From an archaeon (GTDB lineage Archaea > SpSt-1190 > DYHY01), in contig JBBIPP010000006.1 of NCBI GenBank assembly GCA_037442745.1, forward strand, positions 17,561 to 81,560: a DNA stretch of 64,000 nucleotides. The letters are read 5' to 3'. Shown one piece after another: positions 46,245 through 56,016 of this stretch (position 1 is its first letter; each line of letters starts with the position of its first letter). A program made the translations under genes and the position numbers. The notes under the pieces were generated by a model that was given only the letters and a program-made list of their open reading frames with translations, was not told the DNA's origin and made no database searches.

Positions 46245-47783
46245 ATGATAAAACTCAGGGGAAGGAGAATTGAAATTGAGACTGGCGGAAGGAAAATCGC
46301 GCTCTTGAACAAGGAGGATGCTGGAGAGGTCGGGCTCCATCCAAACGACAGGGCAATACTTCGGCACAACAATATTGAAAAAATCTTCCTTGTCGATGTT
46401 ACTCGGAATGTTGTGAATAGGGGGGAAATAGGGCTCTTCGAGGGGAACACCGATGATGACGAAAGAATGGACGGAAAAATTGTCCAAGTCGAGCCGGCAA
46501 AGTCCCCAAGAACAACTGGCTTCATAAAGCGCAGGCTATCAGGGGAATATCTCGCGCCTGCGGAAATAAAAGAGATAATTTCAGATGTTGTCGAAAACAA
46601 GCTTTCCGACATTGAAGCGGTCTTCTTCATGGGCTCGTACTATAGCCACGATTTCAACGAAGAAGAGCTCTCTGCCCTTGCAGAGGGCATGGCGGAGGCC
46701 GGAAAAACCCTCTCTTTCCCTGGAAAGCTTGTTGCAAGCAAGCACTGCACTGGAGGGGTTCCGGGAAACAGGACAACAATGCTCGTAATACCTATTTGCG
46801 TTGCGGCAGGCCTCACAATGGCGAAGACTTCCGCTAGGGCAATATCTTCACCTGCAGGAACCTCTGATGTAATGGAAGTTCTCTGCTCGGTTGACCACAC
46901 TTTCGAGAGCGTTACGAAAATTGTGAACACTGTCGGCGGATGCATAATATGGAACGGGGCTGTCAACCTCTCGCCTGCTGACGACCGGCTGAACCAATTA
47001 AGATATCCATTGAGGCTCGACCCTGAGCCCTTCCTCCTTGCAAGCATTCTCTCGAAGAAAAAGGCGGAAGGGGCGAAAAAGGTCCTGATTGACATCCCGA
47101 TTGCTCGGGGAGGGAAGTTCGAGACAGAAGAGAAAGGCAGGCATCTTGCCCAAAAATTCAGGCGTCTCGGGAAAACTCTCGGCCTTGATGTCGAAGTTGT
47201 CCTGACTGCCGGGGACCAGCCAATTGGGAACGGGATTGGGCCCTCTCTTGAGGCAATTGACGTCCTGAAGGTTCTCGAAGGTGCAAAGGACGCGCCAGAC
47301 GACCTCCGAAAAAAGGCAATAACCCTTGCGGGCCTCCTCCTCGAGCACTGCGAGGTTGCAAAGGAGGGAGAGGGAGAAGGAATGGCGGAAGGAATCTTGT
47401 CTTCGGGCAAGGCCTTGAGGAAATTCCAGGAAATTGTCGAGGCGCAAGGGGGCGCGAGCGGAGTGACCTCCTCTTTCCCCAAGACCGGGGAGTTCAGGAG
47501 GAAGGTTTTCGCGGATTCGGACTGCACTGTCTTCGGCTTCAACAACAGCCAGCTGACCAAAGTCGCGCGTTTCGCGGGAGCCCCGAAAAACAAGGGGGCG
47601 GGAATATACCTATTCGTCCACAAGGGAAGCCAGGTGAAGAAGGGCGCTCCGTTCTATGAAATATATTCCGAGAGCCAAGAGAAGCTCGATTTCGCTTTCA
47701 ACGAGGCTTCCGGGGATTCTGGAATTATTATGCAAAAGTCGGTCCTGGAAATAATAGGGAAAAACTCAGACATTGACAATTAG
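46245..47783 (+). CDS. deoA: AMP phosphorylase (archaeal thymidine-phosphorylase family)
   Basis: N-terminal extra domain; KHCTGGVPGNRTT, KTSARAISSPAGT, SPADD, SILSKK, QPIGNGIGP. Confidence 0.92.
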   Translation: MIKLRGRRIEIETGGRKIALLNKEDAGEVGLHPNDRAILRHNNIEKIFLVDVTRNVVNRGEIGLFEGNTDDDERMDGKIVQVEPAKSPRTTGFIKRRLSGEYLAPAEIKEIISDVVENKLSDIEAVFFMGSYYSHDFNEEELSALAEGMAEAGKTLSFPGKLVASKHCTGGVPGNRTTMLVIPICVAAGLTMAKTSARAISSPAGTSDVMEVLCSVDHTFESVTKIVNTVGGCIIWNGAVNLSPADDRLNQLRYPLRLDPEPFLLASILSKKKAEGAKKVLIDIPIARGGKFETEEKGRHLAQKFRRLGKTLGLDVEVVLTAGDQPIGNGIGPSLEAIDVLKVLEGAKDAPDDLRKKAITLAGLLLEHCEVAKEGEGEGMAEGILSSGKALRKFQEIVEAQGGASGVTSSFPKTGEFRRKVFADSDCTVFGFNNSQLTKVARFAGAPKNKGAGIYLFVHKGSQVKKGAPFYEIYSESQEKLDFAFNEASGDSGIIMQKSVLEIIGKNSDIDN

Positions 47784-48364
47784 AGAGTATAACGGTATCT
47801 TCCCCTTCCACGAACCTTTCCTAGCCTCGCCACAGCTTGCGGGAATTTCTTCCCGTATTCGGAAAGGAACAGGGAGAAGAATTTTTCAGCATCCTTTGTG
47901 TGCGTGCTTTCAAGGGCCTGCCTGAAAACGTTCAGGTCAACTGCCCGGTCCTCGTCAGACTTGGAGAATTTCGCTAGCCCGAAATCTATCAGATACGGGT
48001 CTTTTCCTACCGCAATTATGTTCGAAGTAGTAATGTCTCCGTGGACAATCCCCGCGGAGTGTATTTTGGCAACTTCATTCCCCAGTTTCCGTGCAAAGGC
48101 GATTGAAAAACAGTCGCGGAGCTTTGTGCCGGGAATTTCTTCCAGTTCAAGCGAGCAGTTCTTCTCGTCAATTGAGATTGCTTTCGGCACCCGGGCACCG
48201 GCGGAGAGGGCAGTCTTTAGGGCGTTCGCCTCGAGCCTTGTTCTCCTTATTCTCAGGCGCAAGTCAAGTTCAGGGTGCCTGTAGCCTTTCTTCACCCTCT
48301 CTTTGAAGAGTTTCCCTTGCTTTTTGGAAATTAGTGCCTCCGCGCCTCTTGCAACAATTCCCAT
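47780..48364 (-). CDS. bud32: KEOPS kinase Bud32
   Basis: RGAEA, KGYRHPELD, HGDITTSN, IDFGL, VDL, RGRY. Confidence 0.93.
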   Translation of the reverse strand: MGIVARGAEALISKKQGKLFKERVKKGYRHPELDLRLRIRRTRLEANALKTALSAGARVPKAISIDEKNCSLELEEIPGTKLRDCFSIAFARKLGNEVAKIHSAGIVHGDITTSNIIAVGKDPYLIDFGLAKFSKSDEDRAVDLNVFRQALESTHTKDAEKFFSLFLSEYGKKFPQAVARLGKVRGRGRYRYTL

Positions 48365-49029
48365 CAGGGTTTGGCGGAAAGCCTTCTTTTTAACATTGTT
48401 TTTAAAAAGAAGGTTTGCCAATATTGGGGGAGGGGAGGGTTGGAAAAGGACAAGTCTCCTTTGATATCTATAGGGATGTTGAGTTAGAGAGGGCAAAGGA
48501 GCAGATGACCTTTCTTTTGGTCGGATATTCCGACAGAGCTTCTCCGGACGAAATAAACGAAGTGCAACTGGAAGTCTTGGGAGTTCTTGTCGAGACTCCT
48601 TGATATCTGCCCCTCGCCCCTGAAGAGAGCTATTTCACTGACCGTTTTCCGGGAAGGGAGAGCTGTCCACCGGTTTAGCTCAATACTTCAAGTATTTCTT
48701 CGTAATAAGCCCTGACTACGGAACCTGTGCGTCTGTCCAGATGGCGGACAAGGGATATATTGAGACAGAGAAGCCGGAGAAACGGAAGGGCTCAAAAATT
48801 GTCGTCCTTCTCCTGAATTCGCTAGGCGAAGTGAAAACAAGCCTCTTGGAAAAAACTGAAAAGAGGATTGCAAGAAACATCGGCTTTGCCTTAGGCCAAG
48901 AATTGCGAGGTCAGGAGTTTGGGAGGACCCTTCCGGGCTTTGCCCGAGGCTTTGCCTTAAATTCCCCGTTAATTGCCGAACAAAAAGCTTTAAAACACCA
49001 TTTTCCCGCCGGATTCCCGAGTAATAATA

Positions 49030-49671
49030 ATGGGAAGCGGAAAAGGCAAGAAATCAGAAGAACCAAAGGATGCCTGGGCTGAAGAAAAGAAGAAGCAAAA
49101 GGGCGCCCCGGTCAAAAAACAGGAAAAAATTGACGAGAACCTGAAATATATTGTTCGCATTGCGGGAACTGACCTCAAAGGAACGAAATCAATCCTTTCG
49201 GCAATAAAGGGGATAAGGGGAATCTCGTTTAGCTTTGCGTCATATTGCATAAACCTTCTGGATCTCGACCCGAAACGGAAAATCGGATCCCTCTCGGACG
49301 CTGAAACCGAGAAAATCGAGGAACTGATAAAGAACCCTCTTAAATTCGGGGTTCCGGTTTTCGCCTTGAACAGAAGGAAGGACTTGGAGACTGGGAAAGA
49401 CAAGCACTTGGTCGGGGCTGACTGGGACTTTTCAGTCAGGCAGGATATTGACACTCTGAAAAAAATGAGATGCTATGTCGGAATACGGCACTTTTACGGC
49501 CTAAAGCTCCGGGGCCAGAGAACAGGCTCAAGGGGAGCAGGCCAGCGGGGAAGAAGCGGAAGGACTGTCGGAGTAATCAGGGACAAGCTCCAGGCGGCAA
49601 GGGCAGCCGCAAGCGCGGAGAAATCCGCTGCGGGAGCCTCGCCAGGAAAGGATTCTGGCAAGAAGAAATAA
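49030..49671 (+). CDS. rps13: 30S ribosomal protein S13
   Basis: YIVRIAGTDL, IKGI, NRRKD.ETG, Y.GIRH..GLKLRGQRT. Confidence 0.96.
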   Translation: MGSGKGKKSEEPKDAWAEEKKKQKGAPVKKQEKIDENLKYIVRIAGTDLKGTKSILSAIKGIRGISFSFASYCINLLDLDPKRKIGSLSDAETEKIEELIKNPLKFGVPVFALNRRKDLETGKDKHLVGADWDFSVRQDIDTLKKMRCYVGIRHFYGLKLRGQRTGSRGAGQRGRSGRTVGVIRDKLQAARAAASAEKSAAGASPGKDSGKKK

Positions 49672-49719
49672 TTGTCGCAAAAACAGTAGGAAGCACGGAA
49701 ATAAAGAAACAAAAAAGCG

Positions 49720-50370
49720 GTGATCTACTTGGGAAACATAAGGAAACAGAGGAAAAAGTACAGAATCCCGTTCAAGAAATGGGACAAAACAAGGGCTGAC
49801 GAAGAGGATTTGATTGCGGGCGAATTTGGCCTCAAGAACAAGACAGAGGTCTGGAAAGCGAACGCAAAAGTCTCGAAATTCAGGAACGTTGCAAGAACGC
49901 TTTTCACACAGACGGGAACAGTTGCGGAACGGACAAAAACCAATGTTGTGACAAAGGCGAAGAAGCTAGGGCTCGTCTCGGCTGAGAGCGCTACCCTTGA
50001 CGACCTTCTCGGAATAAACGCGAGGAACGTCCTTGACAGAAGGCTCCAGACAATAATACTGAAGAAGGGTTTTGCCTGCTCCCAAAAGCAGGCAAGGCAG
50101 TTCATTGCCCACGGCCACATAATGATAGGTGACAGGGTTGTGACAGTTCCCGGCTATATTGTGCCAAAAGAAGAGGAAGCGCTAGTGACAATTGTCCCGA
50201 AAAGCCCCCTTTCGAAGGACGACCACCCTGCAAGGCAGACTCCCCAGAAGAAGGAGGAGATAAGGCTTCTTGCAAAGCTAAAGGCTGACAAGACGACAGA
50301 AGTCGAAGAGGACCCGATTGTTGATGAAAAGGATGTCTCAGCCCTTGAGACTGGTGGAGAGGAGGAATAG
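49720..50370 (+). CDS. rps4: 30S ribosomal protein S4
   Basis: [28 protein letters not shown]. Confidence 0.96.
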   Translation: MIYLGNIRKQRKKYRIPFKKWDKTRADEEDLIAGEFGLKNKTEVWKANAKVSKFRNVARTLFTQTGTVAERTKTNVVTKAKKLGLVSAESATLDDLLGINARNVLDRRLQTIILKKGFACSQKQARQFIAHGHIMIGDRVVTVPGYIVPKEEEALVTIVPKSPLSKDDHPARQTPQKKEEIRLLAKLKADKTTEVEEDPIVDEKDVSALETGGEEE

Positions 50371-50375
50371 AAAAA

Positions 50376-50777
50376 ATGGCGACAGAAACAGCTAATGAAA
50401 TGTGGGGAATTGCCCATATCTATGCGTCCAAGAACAACACAATAATACACATAACTGATCTCTCGGGCTCTGAAACAATTACAAGAATCTCCGGGGGAAT
50501 GATGGTGAAAGCTGACAGGCTGAAACCTTCTCCCAACGCGTCAATGCAGGCGGCGGAAAAAGCTGCGTTCGAAGCCCTTGAAAAGGGGATAACGGCAGTC
50601 CATATCAGGGTACGCGCTCCGGGAGGAATTCTCTCAAAGAACCCGGGGCCGGGGGCGCAACCGGCAATTCGGGCGCTCGCAAGGGCTGGCCTGAAGATTG
50701 GCAGGATTGACGACGCAACTCCCGTTCCGCATGACGGCACAAGAAAGCCCGGCGGCAAGCGCGGAAGACGTGTGTAG
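50376..50777 (+). CDS. rps11: 30S ribosomal protein S11
   Basis: [47 protein letters not shown]. Confidence 0.97.
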   Translation: MATETANEMWGIAHIYASKNNTIIHITDLSGSETITRISGGMMVKADRLKPSPNASMQAAEKAAFEALEKGITAVHIRVRAPGGILSKNPGPGAQPAIRALARAGLKIGRIDDATPVPHDGTRKPGGKRGRRV

Positions 50778-50798
50778 AGCGCGTTTGTCTGAAGCTTA

Positions 50799-51044
50799 AG
50801 CCAATAGCAAGCGTGGACACTGGGTTTGATTTGGCTGTTGCCGTTGCCTAAAGCGTCGGCAAATGGGAAAAGAGGTAGTGGAGTTTAGTCAAATACTCGC
50901 CCAAAGGCATTGTTTGACATTAATTGCTGGAATCCTGCCTCTGCAGTTAGGCGGAGGCTTTCGCAACAAGTCAGATAGCCTTTTTTCTGCACAGGGTGGC
51001 TGAGTGAGAACCGGGTTCGTCGTTAGCTTCTGCCACTGACTAAA
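50799..51044 (+). ncRNA. Candidate structured non-coding RNA (unassigned)
   Basis: Five successive hairpins with G-U wobbles on the plus strand, plus an 8-bp long-range inverted repeat TTTAGTCA/TGACTAAA; no credible ORF. Confidence 0.35.
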
Positions 51045-51339
51045 AAATGCCTCTTCCGGAGAATTTCCTCCTCCACGAAAATATTGTCTGCCGGGAGACT
51101 GAAATTCCTTCTGACGCGAGAACTGCCAGTATTTCCATGGGAGATTTCCCGGAATTCGCAAGAAAGAGAGCCCGAAGAATTGCCTTCTCTGGGAACTTGT
51201 GCCTGTGGAAAGCGCTTGACTTTGAATAGAAAGACCTTTTGCATTCCCGGCAGACATTCCTCTTCCTGCCGTTCGATGAACCGTTCCTGAAAATTTCCCT
51301 TGATTTGCAGTTGGGGCAGAAGGTCCGTTCAATTAGCAT
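51040..51339 (-). mobile_element. IS1/IS6-like transposase N-terminal fragment (Zn ribbon + HTH, no DDE domain)
   Basis: CPNC...RNG...VCRECKRSF; FHRHKFPEKAIL.AL...GISVSRQTIFSW..KF. Confidence 0.7.
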
Positions 51340-51412
51340 TTTCTGAAAAATCACTATTTTCCTTTACAAGGTTTCGGTTAGCTTTTTAAAGGAAGGAAAA
51401 GACCTCCTGATT

Positions 51413-52150
51413 ATGAAAATTGAACTGATTGACAGCGGAAAAAAGCCGGTCGAATGGGCGCGCTTTTCAGTTTCTGGGATTGACTCGTCCTTTGCGAACA
51501 TGATTAGGAAGGCAATAATCTCCCATTCCCCTGTCCTTGCAATCGAAGATGTAACAATTACTGAGAATTCCTCCTCCCTCTATGACGAGGTAATTGCCCT
51601 GAGGCTCGGGCTAATACCGATAAAAACTGACAACTCGTTCGAGCTCGGTGGCGAGGGAGTTACCTTCTCACTCAAGGCAAAGGGGCAGAAATGGGTTTAT
51701 TCGTCCGAGCTTGTTTCATCAGAAAAGAAAATTTCTCCGGCAATGGGCGAGATTCCGATAGTCTATCTTGATTCCGGACAGGCAATAGATCTCGAGGCAA
51801 AGGCAGTTGTCGGTGTTGGAGCCGACCATATGAAATGGCAGGCTGGCTTTTGCATTGTCCAAGGCTATCCAAGGGTTACCAAAACAAAGGGCGCGGAAAT
51901 CGAGTATGCCAATGGAGTCTCGGCAAAGGATGCCCTTGTCACAAAGGCCGGAGAGGTCAGGGATTTGAAGAACTGGACTCTTGGTCTTGCCAAAGCTCAG
52001 GTTGTGTCGGGAGCCGAGATAACTGAGGAAGAGGACAAGTTCATTTTCTATGTTGAGAGCTTCGGCCAGCTTCCTTTGGCGGACCTGATTGACCGGGCGT
52101 GCAAGGCAACAGGGGCAAAGTTAAGGGAATTGGCTGAGAAGCTAAAATAG
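51413..52150 (+). CDS. rpoD: RNA polymerase subunit D (Rpo3)
   Basis: FANMIRK, LAIEDV...NSSSLYDEVIALRLGLIP, HMKWQ, FYVESFGQL; own TATA at 51383. Confidence 0.95.
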   Translation: MKIELIDSGKKPVEWARFSVSGIDSSFANMIRKAIISHSPVLAIEDVTITENSSSLYDEVIALRLGLIPIKTDNSFELGGEGVTFSLKAKGQKWVYSSELVSSEKKISPAMGEIPIVYLDSGQAIDLEAKAVVGVGADHMKWQAGFCIVQGYPRVTKTKGAEIEYANGVSAKDALVTKAGEVRDLKNWTLGLAKAQVVSGAEITEEEDKFIFYVESFGQLPLADLIDRACKATGAKLRELAEKLK

Positions 52151-52165
52151 TCAGTTTTAGCTGTT

Positions 52166-53098
52166 TCACCTGAAAAGGGGCTCTTCAGAATCACCGACGC
52201 CAGATGGCGCGGGCTTCTTTATCGGCCCGGGCAATACTCCTGCGCTGAATGGAGTTGCCTCAATTTTCACCCGGACATTTTCAGGTGCGTTTATTGTCTG
52301 GCGGATGTTTCCTTGTTGCTGTTGGTAAGACGGGGGCCTCGTTCCGGCCGGCGGTTGGGCGGGGGAATTGTCAGTCCCCTTCATTTCAACAACAATATCG
52401 TTCAATTGCCTGACGTTCTCCGCGAATACGGGAATCATGTTCTGCATTACCCTCTGCATTGCCTTTATCTGGCTCCCGACGCCTTCCAGTTCCTTGTTAT
52501 ATTCCTCAATTTTCACTACAGAGTCTTCCTGAAGCTGGGCATATTTCACCCGAAGATCGTTCAGATTGTCCCGGAGATCCTGGAGCTGTCGGAGAAGTTC
52601 TGACTTGGATTCCTCGAACCTGTCGAACTTCTCCTGCATTGTATGCCATTTCTCGTCAATAATCCGCTCAATAAGCTCCTCTGGGGAGGGCCCAATTGGT
52701 TGGCTTCCCTGCATTCCAATGTCCGGAACTCCGCCAATTATTTGCTGCTGTCCAATATCCGGCCCGCCAATTCCAATCTGGGGGAGACCTATTTGGGGAG
52801 GGCCCATGTCCGGGGGACTAATTTGGGGAGGGCCAATGTCCGGGGGACTAATTGGTCCAAGTGGTGGGCCAATCATCTGCTGTTGGCTCTGGCCTCCTGG
52901 CCCGCCTGAAACGCGCATCTTAATGTCTGCCTGGCTCATTGCATCCTGAATCTGGGGAAGGGGAACTCCCTGCATCTGCAGTTGCTGGGCAATTACCGCG
53001 TCCGGCGCCCCTTGCTGTCTCATTGAAATTACTGAACCGACAATATCGCCTTTCGGCTTTTTTCCGCCACTTCCCAAAACGCTGTCAAGTATTCCCAT
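52166..53098 (-). CDS. Pro/Gln/Gly-rich coiled-coil hypothetical protein
   Basis: PPDIGPPQI repeats, EELIERIIDEKW, long heptad region. Confidence 0.75.
   Translation of the reverse strand: MGILDSVLGSGGKKPKGDIVGSVISMRQQGAPDAVIAQQLQMQGVPLPQIQDAMSQADIKMRVSGGPGGQSQQQMIGPPLGPISPPDIGPPQISPPDMGPPQIGLPQIGIGGPDIGQQQIIGGVPDIGMQGSQPIGPSPEELIERIIDEKWHTMQEKFDRFEESKSELLRQLQDLRDNLNDLRVKYAQLQEDSVVKIEEYNKELEGVGSQIKAMQRVMQNMIPVFAENVRQLNDIVVEMKGTDNSPAQPPAGTRPPSYQQQQGNIRQTINAPENVRVKIEATPFSAGVLPGPIKKPAPSGVGDSEEPLFR
52791..52850. repeat. 30-bp tandem duplication (29/30 identical)
   Basis: ATTTGGGGAGGGCC[C/A]ATGTCCGGGGGACTA x2. Confidence 0.9.
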
Positions 53099-53110
53099 TT
53101 TTCCCTTTCT

Positions 53111-53485
53111 TCACCCTAGTTCTCCTTTAATCATTTTCTTAACTTCGTCCCTTGTGACGAATTTCATCGGGTCAATTAGGCTAAGATAGCCCTCTATTTC
53201 TCCGACTTTCTCAGTTGTCGCGGCCCGCGAGACTTCCTTTCTCATGTGCGCTATTTCTGTCTTTATTATTGTCACATCCTTTTGGAGGGCTGAAGCTGTC
53301 CGAAGCAATGCCGTCAGCGCGTCTTCAACCTCCTTTTCCTTCTTGTTAAGGCTGTCGATTGAGAAGGCAACCCTCTCAGAGAGCTCTGCTAATCGGTCTT
53401 CGACACTCCGCATTTTCCTTGAGAGGTCGGAGACTGCCCGCATCTGAGGGTCGAATTGGGGCGCTGATGCGTCAATCATTGTCAC
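53111..53485 (-). CDS. Coiled-coil hypothetical protein
   Basis: Heptad-rich; ends IDPMKFVTRDEVKKMI; divergent from pilus ATPase. Confidence 0.7.
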   Translation of the reverse strand: MTMIDASAPQFDPQMRAVSDLSRKMRSVEDRLAELSERVAFSIDSLNKKEKEVEDALTALLRTASALQKDVTIIKTEIAHMRKEVSRAATTEKVGEIEGYLSLIDPMKFVTRDEVKKMIKGELG

Positions 53486-53574
53486 TTTCCGGGGTTATTA
53501 TCCTTTTAAATGTAATTGAAAATCTCCCGGAGGGAATAAACATATTTAGCAAGGGAGCAGCTACATTCCAATAA

Positions 53575-55875
53575 ATGGCAGATTCCCGCACATCACCAGA
53601 AGAAGCCCAATTCGACATCCAGTCAAGGGTGCTCCAGGAGGACAACGAGAGCGTCCTTGAGTTTAACTGCTTCAATGTCCCATTTTTCTCGCCATTGGAA
53701 GATAGCGAAGTGTGGATGGCCAAAATTGTCTACACCCTGATGCAATACAGGGAAGTCACCCAGATTCGGCTGTCTGAGAGGCGGATATACGAATACGACC
53801 GAGCCCAGACGAAAATGCTAAAGGAGATTGCTGAGATTGTCCGCTATGTCCGGGCATCCCAGGGAATTTACAACCCGTATGCAATGAGCACTTTCGGGCA
53901 GGACCCGAGAATCTCTGACAGGTTCCAGTTCATCCAGGCTCTGGTAATGAGCTTCCTCCCCCGCGACCCTATTGGGGCATATGTCGAGCTTGTGAGAAGG
54001 ATTAGACGGGAGGAAATTGAGCTAGCAAAGGAAACCTATCCAAATTACAGGCAAGGCAGGGAGCATTTCATAAGGAACATCCTCTCCGCAATCAAGGGCT
54101 ACCTTGACCAGACAGCTATTATAAAGTTGGCAACTCCCTATCTTGAGGGTTTCTCTTCCGGCGACAGGAACGTCTACCGAATGATTTTCCGCCCGACATA
54201 CAGGCCGAACTTCACATTCACCAGGCTAATGGCCGAAATTCCCGGGGGAGCCCAGCAGCTCGATTCCTATGTTGTCAGGGACTCTGTCGTGACAATTTTC
54301 AGGATGCCCGGGGAAGTGAGACCAGTCTATCACATAATGCCTCCCGAATTCAGGCTAACTGATGAAGAGTTCCAGATTCTTGACTATGCCCGGGAAGTGA
54401 TGGCTCAGCACAAGCCGACAACTGCTGAACTGATTGACCCAAACCGCGTCCGGCTCTCCCTCCATGACGTTGCATACGACCTGATTAAGGAATATTCGGC
54501 GAACGCGAACCTGAACCTCAAGCCGAACGAAACTGAAAGGTTGGCTGAGATAATAACAAGGGAGACTGCCGGATTCGGAATTCTCGAGCTCGTTCTATCA
54601 GACGACCATGTCCAGGACATTGCAATAAACGCCCCGACAACAACCAGCCCAATCCAAGTCGTCCATTCTGAATTTGAGGACTGTCAGAGCAACGTTCTCC
54701 CGACATTGGACGAGGTGTCTAGTTGGGCGGCAAGGCTCCGGCTTTTCTCGGGCCGTCCGCTTGACACAAGCAACCCTGTTCTTGACACTTCAGTCGAGAT
54801 TCCCGGGGCAAGGGCAAGGGTTGCAGCAATTTCCCCCTCCCTCTCGCCCCACGGCCTCGCGTTCTCATTTCGGCGCCATAGGGAGAGGCCTTGGACGCTT
54901 CCATTGTTCGTGAAAAACAGGGCGCTGACCCCCCTTGCCGCGGGCCTGATAAGCTTCCTTGTTGACGGAGGGAGGACCCTTCTTGTCGCGGGAACCCGAG
55001 GGTCGGGGAAAACCTCCCTTCTTGCCGCAATGATGTGCGAAATAATGCGCTCGAACCGAGTGATAACTGTGGAAGACACCCTTGAACTCCCGACGCAGTC
55101 TTTCTCGGACATGAAATACAATATCCAGTCACTAAAAGTCCAGAGCGCAATTGTCCAGGTTGGTAACGAGCTCTCGGCAGCGGACGGGATAAGGACATCG
55201 CTTCGTCTCGGGGACTCTTGCCTGATAATCGGAGAGGTGAGAAGCAAGGAAGCTCTCGCCCTCTACGAGGCAATGAGGGTCGGAGCCTTGGCGAACGTCG
55301 TAGCTGGAACAATACACGGAGATTCTCCCTACGGAGTATATGACCGGGTTGTGAACGACTTGGGAGTCCCGAAGACCTCTTTCAAGGCAACAGACATTGT
55401 CCTTGTAGCGAATCCGATTCGCTCGGCTGACGGCCTGCACAGGGTGAGGCGACTAATCCAGATATCGGAGGTGCGAAAGCACTGGGAGGACGACCCGATA
55501 AAGGAGAAGGGTTTCGTCGACCTGATGGAATATGATGCAAAGGACGACGAAATCAAGCCAACTCAGACATTGGTTGACGGGGAATCAGAAATCCTTTCAC
55601 TAATTGCCGCAAGGGTGAAGGAATGGGTCGGGAATTTCGACGCGGTCTGGGACAACATTTCGCTGCGCGCGCGGATGAAGAAAGCAATTGTCGACTATTC
55701 AATATCTTCGGGGAACGCGAACATTTTGGAAGCTCCTTTTGTTGTCGCGTCAAACGACGCTTTCCACCTTTTCTCGGAAAACGTGAAAAAACAGCACGGC
55801 TCCCTTGTCACTGAATACATCTGGGACAAGTGGGATTCATGGGTGAGGGAGCAGATAAAATCCGGGAGAGTCTAG
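53575..55875 (+). CDS. Type II/IV secretion (TadA/ArlI/VirB11-like) ATPase
   Basis: GFGILE, Walker A GTRGSGKTS, VEDTLEL, LRLGDSCLIIGEVR, GTIHG. Confidence 0.95.
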   Translation: MADSRTSPEEAQFDIQSRVLQEDNESVLEFNCFNVPFFSPLEDSEVWMAKIVYTLMQYREVTQIRLSERRIYEYDRAQTKMLKEIAEIVRYVRASQGIYNPYAMSTFGQDPRISDRFQFIQALVMSFLPRDPIGAYVELVRRIRREEIELAKETYPNYRQGREHFIRNILSAIKGYLDQTAIIKLATPYLEGFSSGDRNVYRMIFRPTYRPNFTFTRLMAEIPGGAQQLDSYVVRDSVVTIFRMPGEVRPVYHIMPPEFRLTDEEFQILDYAREVMAQHKPTTAELIDPNRVRLSLHDVAYDLIKEYSANANLNLKPNETERLAEIITRETAGFGILELVLSDDHVQDIAINAPTTTSPIQVVHSEFEDCQSNVLPTLDEVSSWAARLRLFSGRPLDTSNPVLDTSVEIPGARARVAAISPSLSPHGLAFSFRRHRERPWTLPLFVKNRALTPLAAGLISFLVDGGRTLLVAGTRGSGKTSLLAAMMCEIMRSNRVITVEDTLELPTQSFSDMKYNIQSLKVQSAIVQVGNELSAADGIRTSLRLGDSCLIIGEVRSKEALALYEAMRVGALANVVAGTIHGDSPYGVYDRVVNDLGVPKTSFKATDIVLVANPIRSADGLHRVRRLIQISEVRKHWEDDPIKEKGFVDLMEYDAKDDEIKPTQTLVDGESEILSLIAARVKEWVGNFDAVWDNISLRARMKKAIVDYSISSGNANILEAPFVVASNDAFHLFSENVKKQHGSLVTEYIWDKWDSWVREQIKSGRV

Positions 55876-55976
55876 GTTTTTGGGACAAGTGGCCGAAGCA
55901 TAAGAAATCGGCTGAGGTCAGTGCCGGAGCACGGGGATTCATGGGTGAGGGAGCAGATAAAATCCGGGAGAGTCTA
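55822..55976 (+). repeat. Direct duplication of the ATPase 3' end; the second copy carries a ~41-43-nt insert
   Basis: 12-bp repeat 55822-55833/55881-55892; exact 43-bp repeat 55832-55874/55934-55976. Confidence 0.92.
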
Positions 55977-56008
55977 AAAAAATAAAATGGCGGGCGAAAG
56001 CGCCCGCC
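55976..56008 (-). terminator. Hairpin plus U-tract intrinsic terminator of the 454-aa gene
   Basis: Perfect 8-bp GC stem GGCGGGCG-AAAG-CGCCCGCC (55989-56008) followed on the minus strand by ATTTTATTTTTTT. Confidence 0.7.
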
Positions 56009-56016
56009 CCAATTAT

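Noticed and set aside
46640-47623. Long antisense ORFs (this 327-aa one; also 35269-36120, 11134-11832 and others)
   Set aside because: They are shadow frames of well-supported genes on the opposite strand, with Ser/Phe/Pro-rich composition and no motifs.
48415-48960. Short ORFs 48415-48603 and 48741-49082 as genes
   Set aside because: Fragmentary, the second overlaps rps13, and neither has motifs; more likely pieces of one decayed gene.
55891-55940. Insert as a hammerhead ribozyme (two stems flanking CTGAGG)
   Set aside because: The core needs CUGANGA and GAAA in the right positions; the sequence has CTGAGGT and no GAAA after stem II.
55822-55976. Template/variable repeat pair of a diversity-generating retroelement
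   Set aside because: The repeats are identical rather than differing at adenines, and no reverse transcriptase is present in the window.
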